A stretch of DNA of 64,000 nucleotides from Colwellia psychrerythraea (GCA_002163005.1 MAAF01000024.1:1933-65932), one strand, 5' to 3'. Positions 30,841 through 42,300 are shown, counted from the first letter of the stretch. The notes: generated by a model not told the origin, from the letters alone. Program-made: numbers and translations.

Positions 30841-30947
30841 TGTTACCCTTAACTTAAATAATTCGCGAAAGATTATATAGGGAAATGGCAGTCGGTTGAA
30901 CTCATTTATACCCATTACCATTCAAAGTGCATAATTACAGTGGGAAT

Positions 30948-31216
30948 TAATACCAAGTACATTAATTAATTAACCACTTAGCGAGAATTAAAAGGCTTAG
31001 AGGCAAGGCATTGATTGAAGCGAATGGTTATTCCCTTCTCAAAATCAATAACGAGGCATGTAAGCCTTTTAAACTCGCCCTTTGGGAGTTCACTAGCAAA
31101 CTAATAACCGCTCAAAATTAAAGAAATATAGAATGACTATGTTTAAGTAATTTTGATTGTTTTAAGCTCGCTAATATAACTCTAAGTTGATCAATTTATT
31201 AGTATAATTGGTATAA
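30948..31216. repeat. MITE-like element with TAATACCAA / TTGGTATAA ends
   Basis: Termini seen directly; internal arms AAAAGGCTTA / TAAGCCTTTT; homologous to the reverse complement of 34905-35106. Confidence 0.7.
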
Positions 31217-31348
31217 CATGACTTTAGGCAAGATAATTAATTTAAGCATAGTTATTCATGGTTTTATTATTTAACGGGGATATTTGCAAATAGTAGTTAA
31301 AAATATGACAATATTCCCAATAATTGGCAGATAAAAACGAATAACATA

Positions 31349-32140
31349 ATGACAATACAATCATCAATACTGAACTATAAACAAATGGGTACTGGCAAGC
31401 ATATAGTACTGATCCATGGTTTATTTGGTAGTTTAGAAAACCTTAATATGGTGGCCAAGCCATTAGCCCTAGACTATTGTGTTACCTGTGTCGATGTAAG
31501 GAATCATGGTGATTCATTTCATGCTAGTTCCATGGACTACACTGAATTAGCACAAGATATAATTAATTTATTAGACCATTTAAATATTGATTCTTGCCTG
31601 TTATTAGGGCATTCAATGGGCGGGAAAATTGCCATTCAGGTCGCGCTAGAGCAACCAGATCGTATTACAAAATTACTGGTTGCTGATATCGCCCCCGTTA
31701 GTTACCCACCACATCATTTAACAATAATAGCAGGTTTACAAGCTATCGATTTATCAAAAGTTATGAAGCGTAGGGACGCTGATACGCAATTAGCGCCCTT
31801 TGTCGATAATATGGGAGTTAGGCAATTTCTATTACGTAATTTAGCATTAAATTCACAAGGTAAATTTTCCTTTAAATGCAGCCTTGCCAATATCAGTTTA
31901 TGCTATCCGCAGATAATGAAAGCGAATCAAATACCTGATAATAAAAAGGCTTATGCTGGACCAACCTTATTCATCAAGGGAGGTGATTCTGATTATATTC
32001 AAACTGAACATAGAGCAGCTATCGCAGCACTATTACCCAATAGCAAAGCCAAAATTATTCAAGGCGCAGGACATTGGCTTCATGCTGAAAAGACTATTGC
32101 TTTTAATAAAATAGTCAGCGATTTTATAAAGACTGAGTAG
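31349..32140 (+). CDS. ybfF: Alpha/beta hydrolase esterase YbfF
   Basis: 263 aa; HGLFGS, GHSMGGK, GHWLHAE; divergent from seqA. Confidence 0.88.
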   Translation: MTIQSSILNYKQMGTGKHIVLIHGLFGSLENLNMVAKPLALDYCVTCVDVRNHGDSFHASSMDYTELAQDIINLLDHLNIDSCLLLGHSMGGKIAIQVALEQPDRITKLLVADIAPVSYPPHHLTIIAGLQAIDLSKVMKRRDADTQLAPFVDNMGVRQFLLRNLALNSQGKFSFKCSLANISLCYPQIMKANQIPDNKKAYAGPTLFIKGGDSDYIQTEHRAAIAALLPNSKAKIIQGAGHWLHAEKTIAFNKIVSDFIKTE

Positions 32141-32349
32141 CCAGGACATTAATTATAATAGATAAATTATACCTATCAGTTCTACTATCATTGATAAAGA
32201 TCAAAATGCTTACCAGCAACAAACGCTATTATTATTTTGTTAATAGCCACAAATGCTAATGGTATGGCGCAAATGGTGTGTTATAATGCGGCCAATTTTT
32301 TTGGCCTTAATGTTTTTTGGCCTTAGTGTATAAGAAACAAACAACCACT

Positions 32350-32571
32350 ATGCTAGCAGAACATTTAGAACTTATTGAGGCAATTGGCCTTAATTTATTT
32401 TTCCTTTTTATCTTTGGTTTTATTGGCCTTTCTATTTATGATGTAATGAATAAAAACGATGTGCCAAAAATGGGTAAAGTGGTCGTTTATTTTGTTTTAT
32501 TTTTAGGCTGCGCAGGCTTTATCGCGAAAGGCATTATCCAGTTTATCTGGGAAAGTCAGGGTGTTGGTTAG
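32350..32571 (+). CDS. Small two-TM membrane protein, DUF2788-like
   Basis: MLAEHLELIEAIGL... two hydrophobic helices, FLGCAGFIAK; ATG 32350 preferred. Confidence 0.65.
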   Translation: MLAEHLELIEAIGLNLFFLFIFGFIGLSIYDVMNKNDVPKMGKVVVYFVLFLGCAGFIAKGIIQFIWESQGVG

Positions 32572-32574
32572 CTC

Positions 32575-32856
32575 ATGGCAAAAGAAATTACCGACTTAAC
32601 CACTATCGACTTATTTAGCGATGAAAAACGTCCAGGGCGTCCGAAAACAAACCCTAACCCGCGTAGTGTACAGATAAAAATCAACAAACGAAATCAGGTA
32701 AAACGTGATAAAAACAAGGGTTTAAAGCGAGTAGAGTTTAAAGTCCATCACAGTTTATTCGAACAATTAGAACAATTAGCTGAAACTCAACAAGTGAGTC
32801 GTAGCGAATTAATCGAGTCGCTACTAATAGAGTCATTAGCAGCACATATTAAGTAA
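32575..32856 (+). CDS. ybfE: YbfE-family ribbon-helix-helix protein
   Basis: 93 aa; TIDLFSDEKRPGRPKTNP, SRSELIE; upstream of fldA. Confidence 0.85.
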   Translation: MAKEITDLTTIDLFSDEKRPGRPKTNPNPRSVQIKINKRNQVKRDKNKGLKRVEFKVHHSLFEQLEQLAETQQVSRSELIESLLIESLAAHIK

Positions 32857-32883
32857 TATGAAAGCATAATAAGGTAATATTTC

Positions 32884-33408
32884 ATGGCAATCGTAGGTTT
32901 ATTCTTTGGCAGTGATACAGGTAACACTGAAGCAATTGGTAAAATGATCCAGAAAAAATTAGGCAAGCAAATGGTTGATGTCAAAGACATCGCCAAGAGC
33001 ACTAAAGAGGAAATCGCAGAATTCGATTTACTTATTTTAGGTATCCCTACCTGGTATTACGGCGAAAACCAATGTGATTGGGATGACTTTTTACCTGATT
33101 TAGAAGCAATAGATTTTACTGATAAATTAGTAGCGATCTTTGGCTTAGGCGACCAAGAAGATTACGCCGAATACTTTTGTGACGCTATGGAACCATTACG
33201 TGATATCGTTGAGAGTAAAGGTGCCATCGTTGTTGGTAACTGGTCAACCGATGGTTATGAGTTTGAAGCGTCAAAAGCTCTTGTCGATGAGAATACTTTT
33301 ATTGGCTTATGCATTGACGAAGACAGACAAAGTGAGTTAACTGAAGCGCGTGTAGATAAATGGCTTACTCAATTAAATGATGAAATGTGTCTAGCCGAAT
33401 TCGCCTAG
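32884..33408 (+). CDS. fldA: Flavodoxin 1
   Basis: 174 aa; GSDTGNTE, GIPTWYYGE, GLGDQEDY. Confidence 0.95.
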   Translation: MAIVGLFFGSDTGNTEAIGKMIQKKLGKQMVDVKDIAKSTKEEIAEFDLLILGIPTWYYGENQCDWDDFLPDLEAIDFTDKLVAIFGLGDQEDYAEYFCDAMEPLRDIVESKGAIVVGNWSTDGYEFEASKALVDENTFIGLCIDEDRQSELTEARVDKWLTQLNDEMCLAEFA

Positions 33409-33582
33409 TAACCTTACTTAAAACATGGTTACTGCTAGAAAAGTCCATTTATTGGGCTTTTTTTTTAGCTTTTACGACCAAAGCGAACAATTTCTTCAAA
33501 GAATAAAACTAAAGCTTTTCTCTTTCTCGATAACCCCCTATAATTTTAATATTAAATTACTTAATCACTTTAGAGACTTAAT

Positions 33583-34026
33583 ATGGCTGAACAAAACGAA
33601 GAACTAAAAAGAGCTGGATTAAAAATCACCCTGCCTAGAATAAAGATCCTCAGTATTCTTCAACAGCCAAATAATCAGCACATCAGTGCAGAAGATGTTT
33701 ATAAAATATTATTAGAACAAAATGAAGAAATTGGTTTAGCGACTGTATACCGAGTATTAAACCAATTTGATGATGCTGGCATCGTTACCCGTCACCATTT
33801 TGAAGGGGGTAAATCCGTATTTGAACTAGCCCACAAGGCTCACCACGACCATTTAGTTTGTCTAAAATGTGGCAAAGTTGTTGAGTTTGAAGATAATGTC
33901 ATTGAACAAAGACAAAGTGATATTGCTGTAGCACATAAGATTAAGCTAACTAATCATAGCTTATACCTTTACGGTGAATGTGAAGATGAAATTGCTTGTG
34001 AAGCTTATAGAAAGAAAAATCAATAA
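33583..34026 (+). CDS. fur: Ferric uptake regulator
   Basis: 147 aa; GLKITLPR, GLATVYRVL, HHDHLVC..CG. Confidence 0.96.
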   Translation: MAEQNEELKRAGLKITLPRIKILSILQQPNNQHISAEDVYKILLEQNEEIGLATVYRVLNQFDDAGIVTRHHFEGGKSVFELAHKAHHDHLVCLKCGKVVEFEDNVIEQRQSDIAVAHKIKLTNHSLYLYGECEDEIACEAYRKKNQ

Positions 34027-34065
34027 AAGCGAAATTTCCAACTCACTTTTAAGCTATATATAAAT

Positions 34066-34100
34066 AAAACGCTATGATAGAAATATCATAGCGTTTTTTT
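34066..34100. terminator. Bidirectional terminator between fur and the PhnA-domain gene
   Basis: AAAACGCTATGATA / TATCATAGCGTTTT stem. Confidence 0.75.
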
Positions 34101-34115
34101 GTAATAGAGAAGCTT

Positions 34116-34685
34116 CTATGCTTTTTTCAAGTAAGCTGAAACCAGTACGATACGAGTACCATTAACTTTGCCTTCAATATGCTCAGGATTATCAGTTAAG
34201 GTAATACCTCGTACCATGGTACCTTGCTTAGCAGTAAAGTTTGCCCCTTTAACTTTTAAATCTTTAATCAAGGTGACATTATCACCATCTTGTAGTTCTG
34301 CACCATTACTATCACGCGTTGGTCCATTACTGCGCTCTGCAGCAATGCCCTGCTCTGCCCACGTTTTAACTTCATCTTCTAAGTAGATCATATCTAAAGC
34401 ATCTTGTGCCCAACTCTCAGAAGAAAGCTTGTGCAGCATACGATAAGACATAACTTGAACGGCTGGTTCTTGATTCCACATACTGTCATTTAAGCAGCGC
34501 CAATGATTCAGGTCTAACTCACTTTGTCCTTCTATTTGAGATAAACAATTTGGGCATAAATAAATAGATTGCTGAGCACTTAAATCACTGGTTGGCGGTA
34601 CCGGATAAACTACCAAGGTTTCTGTACTGGTACATAATTCACAGCTATTATTGCTACGTTTTTTTAATGCTTGTTCTGTAGGCAT
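34116..34685 (-). CDS. PhnA (YjdM)-domain protein, long form
   Basis: CELC and CPNC motifs, C-terminal DSNGAELQDGDNVTLIKDLKVKG; ATG 34685 preferred (track 34706). Confidence 0.82.
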   Translation of the reverse strand: MPTEQALKKRSNNSCELCTSTETLVVYPVPPTSDLSAQQSIYLCPNCLSQIEGQSELDLNHWRCLNDSMWNQEPAVQVMSYRMLHKLSSESWAQDALDMIYLEDEVKTWAEQGIAAERSNGPTRDSNGAELQDGDNVTLIKDLKVKGANFTAKQGTMVRGITLTDNPEHIEGKVNGTRIVLVSAYLKKA

Positions 34686-34904
34686 AGTTTTTCCAAAGAT
34701 GATCATTGTTTTAATGGCGCAATTATACTCGCATCATCTTATATTTCTATGAAAAAACCCGCTTTAACGCTTAATTATCCTTGTTTAACGATAATACCAA
34801 CTTCACTAATTTTGTTCCCCGCTCAGAGCTGTCTTTGTATGATAAGAACAAATAAAATTTGTGATGGTCTAATTATTTTAAATCGAACACATTTGTGCCG
34901 TTAT

Positions 34905-35106
34905 TATTTTACAAAGAAGCTCCCAAGGGCGAACTTAAAAGGCTTCTATGCTTCGTTATTGTTTTTGACAAGGACGATGCATGGATGCAGCTTATTAGAG
35001 AATGCAGGAGCTTATTCTCCTGAATAACCATTCTCAGCAATCAATGCCTTGCTTAAAAGCCTTTTAATTCTCGCTGAGTGGAAAGAAACTTAATGAATTT
35101 GGTATT
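34905..35106. repeat. MITE-like element, inverted relative to 30948-31216, with a 48-bp internal insertion
   Basis: Reverse complement aligns to the 30948 element on both sides of 34974-35021. Confidence 0.75.
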
Positions 35107-35177
35107 TCCCCTAGACAATGCCTATTCTTCAATGATAAAACTCGCTCATAATAAAACCTTCAATAACAGGCTTACCT

Positions 35178-36416
35178 ATGACGAGCGAAAAGACACATAA
35201 CACATCTTTTATTCACAAAATAAAATCAACCAGTTTGGTTATCCAAATAATTATCGCTATTATTTTAGCTAGCTTACTCGCAATAATATCTCCCGAATCA
35301 GCCAAAGCATTTGGCATGCTCGGTAGCTTATTTGTTAACGCCTTAAAAGCTGTTGCTCCTATTCTCGTCTTGGTATTAGTTACGTCAGCAATAGCTAACC
35401 AAAAAATTGATAGCAGTGCTGAACTAAAACCTATTGTTGGCTTATATTTTTTAGGCACCTTAAGTGCCGCTTTTGTTGCTGTTCTATTAAGCTTTGCTTT
35501 TCCCACTGAACTTACCTTAAACCTTGCAGGAGCCACTGCTAATCCTCCACAACAATTAACAGAAGTATTGGCTACGCTCGCCTTTAAAGTTGTTGAAAAT
35601 CCAGTGACGGCTGTTGCTAGTGGTAACTTTATTGCTGTGCTTGCTTGGGGATTAGGTTTAGGCTTTTCATTAAAGCATGCAAGTGGATCAAGCAAGAGGA
35701 TGGTGCATGATTTAAGTGAAGCCATCTCTAGTATTGTGCGCATTGTAATACGTTTTGCGCCACTAGGTATTTTTGGTTTAGTGGCCAATACCATCGCCAC
35801 TACTGGTTTTGGGGCTTTAGCTGAATACAGTCATTTGGTTGCAGTACTGCTTGGTGCAATGTTAATTATCGCTTTGCTAGTTAATCCTTTAATTGTCTTT
35901 ATCATCACTAAGAAAAACCCTTATCCTTTAGTTTTTACTTGCCTAAGAGAGTCTGGCATTACCGCATTTTTCACCCGTAGCTCAGCCGCAAATATTCCGG
36001 TTAATATGGCTTTGTGTAAAAAGTTAGATTTACATGAAGATACCTACTCAGTATCGATTCCATTAGGCGCAACCATTAATATGGCGGGCGCTGCGATTAC
36101 AATTACTGTATTAACTTTAGCCGCTGCTTATAGTCTACATATTGAAGTTAGTTTTGCGACGGCTATTTTATTATCGGTGGTTGCCTCTATTTCAGCTTGT
36201 GGCGCTTCTGGTGTAGCCGGTGGTTCACTATTACTCATCCCATTAGCCTGCAGTTTATTTGGCATTAACAATGATGTCGCCATGCAGGTTGTTGCTATTG
36301 GCTTTATTATTGGTGTTATTCAAGACTCAGCTGAAACGGCTTTAAACAGCTCTACTGATGTGGTGTTTTCCGCGGCAGCTTCCCACCATATAACGAATAC
36401 CAATCAGACTAACTAA
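35178..36416 (+). CDS. sstT: Serine/threonine:Na+ symporter
   Basis: 412 aa; [38 protein letters not shown]. Confidence 0.92.
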   Translation: MTSEKTHNTSFIHKIKSTSLVIQIIIAIILASLLAIISPESAKAFGMLGSLFVNALKAVAPILVLVLVTSAIANQKIDSSAELKPIVGLYFLGTLSAAFVAVLLSFAFPTELTLNLAGATANPPQQLTEVLATLAFKVVENPVTAVASGNFIAVLAWGLGLGFSLKHASGSSKRMVHDLSEAISSIVRIVIRFAPLGIFGLVANTIATTGFGALAEYSHLVAVLLGAMLIIALLVNPLIVFIITKKNPYPLVFTCLRESGITAFFTRSSAANIPVNMALCKKLDLHEDTYSVSIPLGATINMAGAAITITVLTLAAAYSLHIEVSFATAILLSVVASISACGASGVAGGSLLLIPLACSLFGINNDVAMQVVAIGFIIGVIQDSAETALNSSTDVVFSAAASHHITNTNQTN

Positions 36417-36558
36417 GTGATCTTTTTAAATGGCCTAAATACTTAATAACATCGTTGCTTTCAATCACAATAAGCCAGCTATTGCTCAATCAAGCGCCTT
36501 GTTCTTGAAAATTTATCCTCATTAAAATTTGAACCATTAATTAATCTGATTGGTATTA
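36396..36558. repeat. About 163-bp MITE-like element overlapping the sstT 3' end
   Basis: AATACCAA...TTGGTATTA ends; homologous to 39235-39397 and, inverted, to 59723-59893. Confidence 0.8.
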
Positions 36559-36593
36559 CTAGGATAAAATTGTTGCCAGAAGCAGTGTTTATA

Positions 36594-36632
36594 AAAAAGG
36601 CGCATAGTACAAATTGTACTATGCGCCTTTTT
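36594..36632. terminator. Bidirectional terminator between sstT and tilS
   Basis: AAAAAGGCGCATAGTAC-AAATT-GTACTATGCGCCTTTTT. Confidence 0.85.
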
Positions 36633-36689
36633 ATTTAATTGAACGTTCCGCCTAACAGCCTACTCTTTATTGTCTAATTAGCCGGTTAA

Positions 36690-38078
36690 CTAAGTATGGC
36701 GTATATACATACCTAATTGTGAGTCACTGACAATAAAGGGTTGGCAGATAAAGTGACCAATTGCCGCTACCAATTCATTGTCGTAATATAAAAAGGCAAT
36801 ACGTTTACGCTGCCATGGCGCTATATTTAACTCTTGTAGTACTTTTTTAACCGTACGAGAGTGTTGTCTAAAATGAGGCAAGCATTTCGGGTTTTCATGG
36901 CGAAAACGAACGCTAACGAGCTGATCTCGTTTAGGCAAAGCAATACGGGGCAATGGGTTGTTTTGATTTTTACCAAGAGTAGAATTTATCATACTATTAG
37001 TATTAAAAATCAGTTCACCTAGGTTGTCCGGTAAGGCCAATACACTAGTACCAAGAGGTAGGGTATCTTGGAATAATTCAACTTGTCCTTGCCAGTCACT
37101 AATATCATTATATGCTGGCGTTAAAAATAATATACCTTTAAAGCGTCTGAAAACGTGCTGTGCGACTTTAATTTGAGGGTTTTTGTCTTCATCAGCCTGC
37201 AGCTGATGTCTTACTTGATTAACTTGTTCTGTACTTGGCATTAAAGAACCTTTTTGCGCCATAAAAAAGCGAATTAGGTTATTAAAGCGTGCTGGCGATA
37301 GTGCCGTTAATGCCTCAATATGTAAGCCCGCTTCACCCGTTTTACAAACCGTTAAGTCTTGCTCGGCAAGTTCATCTAATAACTCTTGCCCTGCTAAACA
37401 GTGACTAGCGCTACGGTTAATCGTGTTATTAATACTAGGCCAACGCTCACGCAAGAGTGGTATTATTTGTTGTCTGATAAAATTACGATCAAAACAAGTA
37501 TCATGGTTTGATTCATCTTCCACCCAACTAAGTTGATGAGTTTTAGCATAACCTTCTATTTCCTGTCGAGACACTTTCAGTAAAGGACGAACTAATAGAT
37601 GCTGACCAAGCTGAGTTTGCACTGACATTGCAGAGAGTCCTTTTAAACCAGCACCACGTTTAAGTGCTAATAAAAAGGTTTCACTTTGATCATCGCTATG
37701 ATGCCCCGTTAACACTAAGGACTTTTTATTCCTCAATGATTTAAGCGCATCATATCTGGCGTCGCGTGCCAATGCTTCCAATGACTGTTGTGCTTTTGAC
37801 TGTACATTGACGCACTTAACAACAAGATTAACTGACAACTTAGCGCACTCTTGTTTAGCAAATTTCTGCCAGCGCTTAGCATTGTCACTCAAGCCATGAT
37901 TAACATGACAAACAGTGATTTCATTGCTGATAAGTTTTTTTTGCTTTAGTTGAGCTAAAGCATGCAAGAGCACCTGAGAGTCGATACCACCACTATAGGC
38001 AATAATTAACTCAATATTTCCGTGTATTTCGAAAAGAAGCTTGAGGGTGTTATGAAGGGATGAAGTTAGTTTATTCAT
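36690..38078 (-). CDS. tilS: tRNA(Ile)-lysidine synthase
   Basis: 462 aa; AYSGGIDS, GHHSDDQSET, RPLL, DRNFIR. Confidence 0.93.
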   Translation of the reverse strand: MNKLTSSLHNTLKLLFEIHGNIELIIAYSGGIDSQVLLHALAQLKQKKLISNEITVCHVNHGLSDNAKRWQKFAKQECAKLSVNLVVKCVNVQSKAQQSLEALARDARYDALKSLRNKKSLVLTGHHSDDQSETFLLALKRGAGLKGLSAMSVQTQLGQHLLVRPLLKVSRQEIEGYAKTHQLSWVEDESNHDTCFDRNFIRQQIIPLLRERWPSINNTINRSASHCLAGQELLDELAEQDLTVCKTGEAGLHIEALTALSPARFNNLIRFFMAQKGSLMPSTEQVNQVRHQLQADEDKNPQIKVAQHVFRRFKGILFLTPAYNDISDWQGQVELFQDTLPLGTSVLALPDNLGELIFNTNSMINSTLGKNQNNPLPRIALPKRDQLVSVRFRHENPKCLPHFRQHSRTVKKVLQELNIAPWQRKRIAFLYYDNELVAAIGHFICQPFIVSDSQLGMYIRHT

Positions 38079-38142
38079 AGGAAAAAGTGTCGACAGCTAT
38101 AAACTGTCGACGGTATATTTGACACTTGTATTACGAGTCTGT

Positions 38143-39099
38143 TTAGCAATAACCAAATGACATTAATCTATCGTAACGCTGCTCGATAAGCTCTTCTTTA
38201 CTTAAGCCTTCGAGATCAGTTAAGTCCTTCTTGAGAGCTTGTTTAAGCTGAGCAGCCATTAGATCGATATCTCGATGCGCGCCACCTAATGGCTCTTCAA
38301 CGATGCTATTAATTAAATCTAGCTCTTTGATACGATGTGCTGTAATCCCCATTGCTGCTGCTGCTGAAGGCGCTTTCTCAGCTGTTTTCCATAAAATAGA
38401 GGCACAACCTTCAGGTGAAATGACTGAATATGTTGCATATTGCAGCATATTAACTCTGTCGCCCACACCAATAGCTAATGCACCGCCCGATCCGCCTTCA
38501 CCAATAACAGTACAGATAATAGGAACAGATAAACGTGCCATCACTTTTAAGTTACGGGCAATAGCTTCACTTTGTCCGCGCTCTTCTGCGCCAACACCAG
38601 GATATGCACCGGGAGTGTCGATAAAGGTGATAATTGGCATATTAAAACGTTCCGCCATTTCCATTAAGCGTAGCGCTTTACGGTAACCTTCTGGACGAGG
38701 CATACCAAAGTTTCGCTTAACTTTTTCAGCGGTTGAACGACCTTTTTGATGACCAATGATCATAACAGGTTTACCGTCTAAACGTGCTGTACCACCAACA
38801 ATAGCACTGTCATCAGCATAAGCACGGTCACCTGCTAATTCATCAAATTCAGTAAAAATACGCGGTATATAATCTAACGAATATGGACGTTGTGGGTGAC
38901 GAGCCACTCGCGCAGTTTGCCATGGGTCTAAATTGGCAAAAATTTTCTTCGTTTGCTCTTTATTTTTTTCGCGTAATTGTGCGATTTGATCTTCTATATC
39001 AAGATCTAATTCTTGGCCGTTATTGACTAACTGTAGCTCTTCTATTTTTGCATCAAGCTCAGCAATAGGCTGCTCGAAATCTAAAAAGTTTAATGACAT
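38143..39099 (-). CDS. accA: Acetyl-CoA carboxylase carboxyltransferase alpha
   Basis: 318 aa; [28 protein letters not shown]. Confidence 0.96.
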   Translation of the reverse strand: MSLNFLDFEQPIAELDAKIEELQLVNNGQELDLDIEDQIAQLREKNKEQTKKIFANLDPWQTARVARHPQRPYSLDYIPRIFTEFDELAGDRAYADDSAIVGGTARLDGKPVMIIGHQKGRSTAEKVKRNFGMPRPEGYRKALRLMEMAERFNMPIITFIDTPGAYPGVGAEERGQSEAIARNLKVMARLSVPIICTVIGEGGSGGALAIGVGDRVNMLQYATYSVISPEGCASILWKTAEKAPSAAAAMGITAHRIKELDLINSIVEEPLGGAHRDIDLMAAQLKQALKKDLTDLEGLSKEELIEQRYDRLMSFGYC

Positions 39100-39234
39100 G
39101 CTTATTTTACCTAATAAATCTAGTTAATTTTTTAAAATCGTTTTTCACTACTTAACCAAAATACCTTGAGTTTAGTACCTTAAGCAATACTTCACATAAA
39201 GTACACTTACTCAATATCTTAAGCTAAGTAGTTG

Positions 39235-39397
39235 TTATACCAATTGCACTAACTAAGTGGTCATTTTCAAATGGCCTAAATATCCAATAACGTCGTTGCT
39301 TTCAATCCCAATACTCCCTATTGCTCAATCAAACGTCTTGTTCTTGAAAATTTAATCTCATTGATTTCTGTAATCTTAGCTAATCCAAATGGTATTA
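39235..39397. repeat. About 163-bp MITE-like element abutting the dnaE stop codon
   Basis: TTATACCAA...ATGGTATTA; same orientation as 36396-36558. Confidence 0.8.
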
Positions 39398-42300
39398 TTT
39401 AAATTCCATGGCGACACGTTCTTCACCAAGCAATGTTTTTAATTCGTATAGTAACATATCGGTTGGCGTTACTCGCCATTGAACGCCTAACTCAAGCATA
39501 GCTTGGGCTTCTTCGCGCTGATAAAAAACTCTCACTGGACAGGTACCTTCTTTAAAAGGGGTTAATACCTGAGTAAACTGTTCGATAAAATCATCTGCTA
39601 TCAAGCTGTTATCCACTTGAATATCAATAGAGCTAAGATAATTTTCTCGCGCATCAGTGATTGTCATTATATCCCGAGCGGTCATTGTATTACCACCAGA
39701 ATAATCATCAAAGCTGACCTGTCCACTACAAACCAAAATAGCGTCATTTACCAGCATCTCTGCAAAACGATCATAGTCATCTGGAAAAAGACGGATATCC
39801 ATGCGGGCACTTTTATCATCTAGAGTCACTAATGCCCAGCGACGCCCGCGTTTATTGACTAAGACACGCACACCTATCACTAAACCAACAGCAACCGCTT
39901 GCCTATCTCGACCCGTTGGTTGCATGACAACTAGTCGGCTCGAAGAATATTTTTTTATTTCAGTCAGGTAGCGATTAATGGGATGACCGGTTAAATAAAG
40001 CCCTAAGGTTTCTTTTTCGCCATCTAACCACTTTTCCTCTGGCCAAGCTCTGACTTCTTTAAAAGTTTGTCTGGAATCAGTTTGTTCGTCATTAATTAAA
40101 CCAAATAGGTCATTTTGACCTAACGATTCTGCTTTCGCATGTTGTTCTGCTGCTTTAATTGCTTCAGGTAAGGTTTCAAAGAGAGCCGCTCGGTTAGCGC
40201 CCTGCTCTTTTGCGGTCCCTTGTACATACTTAGGACCGAGACTATCCATAGCTCCCGATTTGATTAATTTCTCTAAAACGCGTTTATTGGTTTTTTTAAG
40301 ATCAAGACGGGCACAAAAATCAAATAAGTCAGTGAAAGGGCCGTCTGATTGTCGGGCACTAATAATGGCTTCAATAGGGCCTTCACCAACCCCTTTAACA
40401 GCACCGATACCATAAACAATTTGGTTATCATCATTAACGGTAAATTTATATTGCCCAGCGTTAACATCGGGTGGCAATAAATCTATTTCCATATTGCCAC
40501 ACTCATCAACTAAGGTGACAATTTTTTCAGTGTTGTCCATATCAGCAGACATTACCGCGGCCATAAACGGTGCAGGAAAATGTGTCTTCATCCATAACGT
40601 TTGATAAGACACTAATGCATAAGCCGCAGAGTGCGATTTGTTGAAACCATAACCAGCAAATTTTTCAACCAAATCGAATATTTTCATGGCAAGTTCGCCA
40701 TCAACACCACGATCTTTCGCACCTTGTTCAAAACCGGCTCGCTGCTTAGCCATTTCTTCTGGTTTTTTCTTACCCATTGCACGGCGAAGCATATCTGCGC
40801 CACCAAGGGAATAACCGGCAAGTACCTGCGCAATTTGCATTACTTGCTCTTGATACAAGATAATTCCGTATGTTGGCTCAAGCACAGGTTGTAAATCTTC
40901 ATGTTGCCAAGTCGCATCAGGATAACTGACTTCTTCACGGCCATGCTTACGCTCAATAAAGTTATCAACCATGCCTGATTGTAATGGCCCAGGTCTAAAT
41001 AAAGCCACCAGTGCGATAATATCTTCAAAGCAATCAGGCTTTAATTTATCAATTAAAGATTTCATTCCACTAGATTCAAGCTGAAATACTGCTGTAGTTT
41101 TCGAGGCAAGTAATAACTTAAAGCTGGCTTTGTCTTCAAGATTAATTTTGGTGATATCAATTGGCTCTTTGCCGGCTTTAAGCAATTTTGCATCAGCCAT
41201 TTCAATGGCCCATTGCAAAATGGTCAGTGTTCTTAGTCCTAAGAAATCGAACTTAACTAAGCCAGCGTCTTCTACATCATTTTTATCAAACTGGGTTACT
41301 GGGTTATTACCTTCATCATCACAATATAAAGGTGCAAAATCGGTAATAGTAGTAGGCGAAATAACAACGCCACCGGCATGTTTACCGGCATTACGCGTTG
41401 TTCCCTCAAGAATACGGCACATATCAATGAGATCTTTTACTTCACTATCTTGCGCGTATATTTCAGGTAATTTAGGCTCTTCTTCAAACGCTTTCGCTAA
41501 AGTCATGCCAGGAGTTGGTGGGATCAGCTTTGAAATTCTATCAACAAAACCATAAGGATGCCCAAGCACACGACCAACATCACGGATAACCGCTTTCGCC
41601 GCCATGGTACCAAAAGTAATGATTTGTGAAACCGCATCACGACCATAAAGTTCAGCAACGTGATCGATAACTTCGTCACGTCTATCCATACAGAAATCAA
41701 TATCAAAATCAGGCATAGAGACACGTTCAGGATTTAAGAAGCGCTCGAAAAGCAAATCATATTCAAGTGGGTCAAGGTCGGTAATATCGAGTGCATAAGC
41801 AATGAGAGAGCCTGCACCTGAACCACGCCCAGGGCCAACAGGGATATTGTTGTCTTTACTCCACTGGATGAATTCCATCACGATCAAGAAATAACCGGGG
41901 AAGCCCATGTTATTAACAACTTCCAGCTCAATAGCTAAACGTTCATCATAAGGTTTTCTTATTTGGGCAAAATCATCCGCTTGCCGGTCGAATAATTGAT
42001 CAAGTCGTTTTTCTAAACCTTTTTCAGATACTTTAATAAAAAAGTCATTTATCTCCAAACCTTCCGTGGGGAAATCGGGTAATACGTACTCACCTAAGGT
42101 GACCGTGACATTACAGCGTTTAGCAATTTCGACACTATTGGCTAAAGCTTCAGGGATGTCACTAAAAAGCTCACACATTTCCGCTTCACTGCGTAAGTAT
42201 TGCTCTGAGCTATAACGTTTAGGGCGACGTTTATCATCTAGGGTAAAACCATCATGAATGGCTACACGGATCTCATGCGCATCAAAGTCATCAGGAGAAA

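Noticed and set aside
30841-30921. Track's N-terminal extension of seqA
   Set aside because: Runs into a repeat; SeqA homology begins at [11 protein letters not shown] (30840). Similar over-extensions rejected at 13230, 28059, 32317 and 34706.
33541-33560. Fur box upstream of fur
   Set aside because: Only an AT-rich palindrome TTTAATATTAAA; poor match to GATAATGATAATCATTATC and expected by chance at this base composition.
34671-35027. 118-aa plus-strand ORF upstream of sstT
   Set aside because: Spans the PhnA promoter region and a repeat element; no RBS or domain signal.
35213-35800. 195-aa antisense ORF within sstT
   Set aside because: Shadow frame of a well-supported gene; same reasoning applies to the other short overlapping ORFs in the track.
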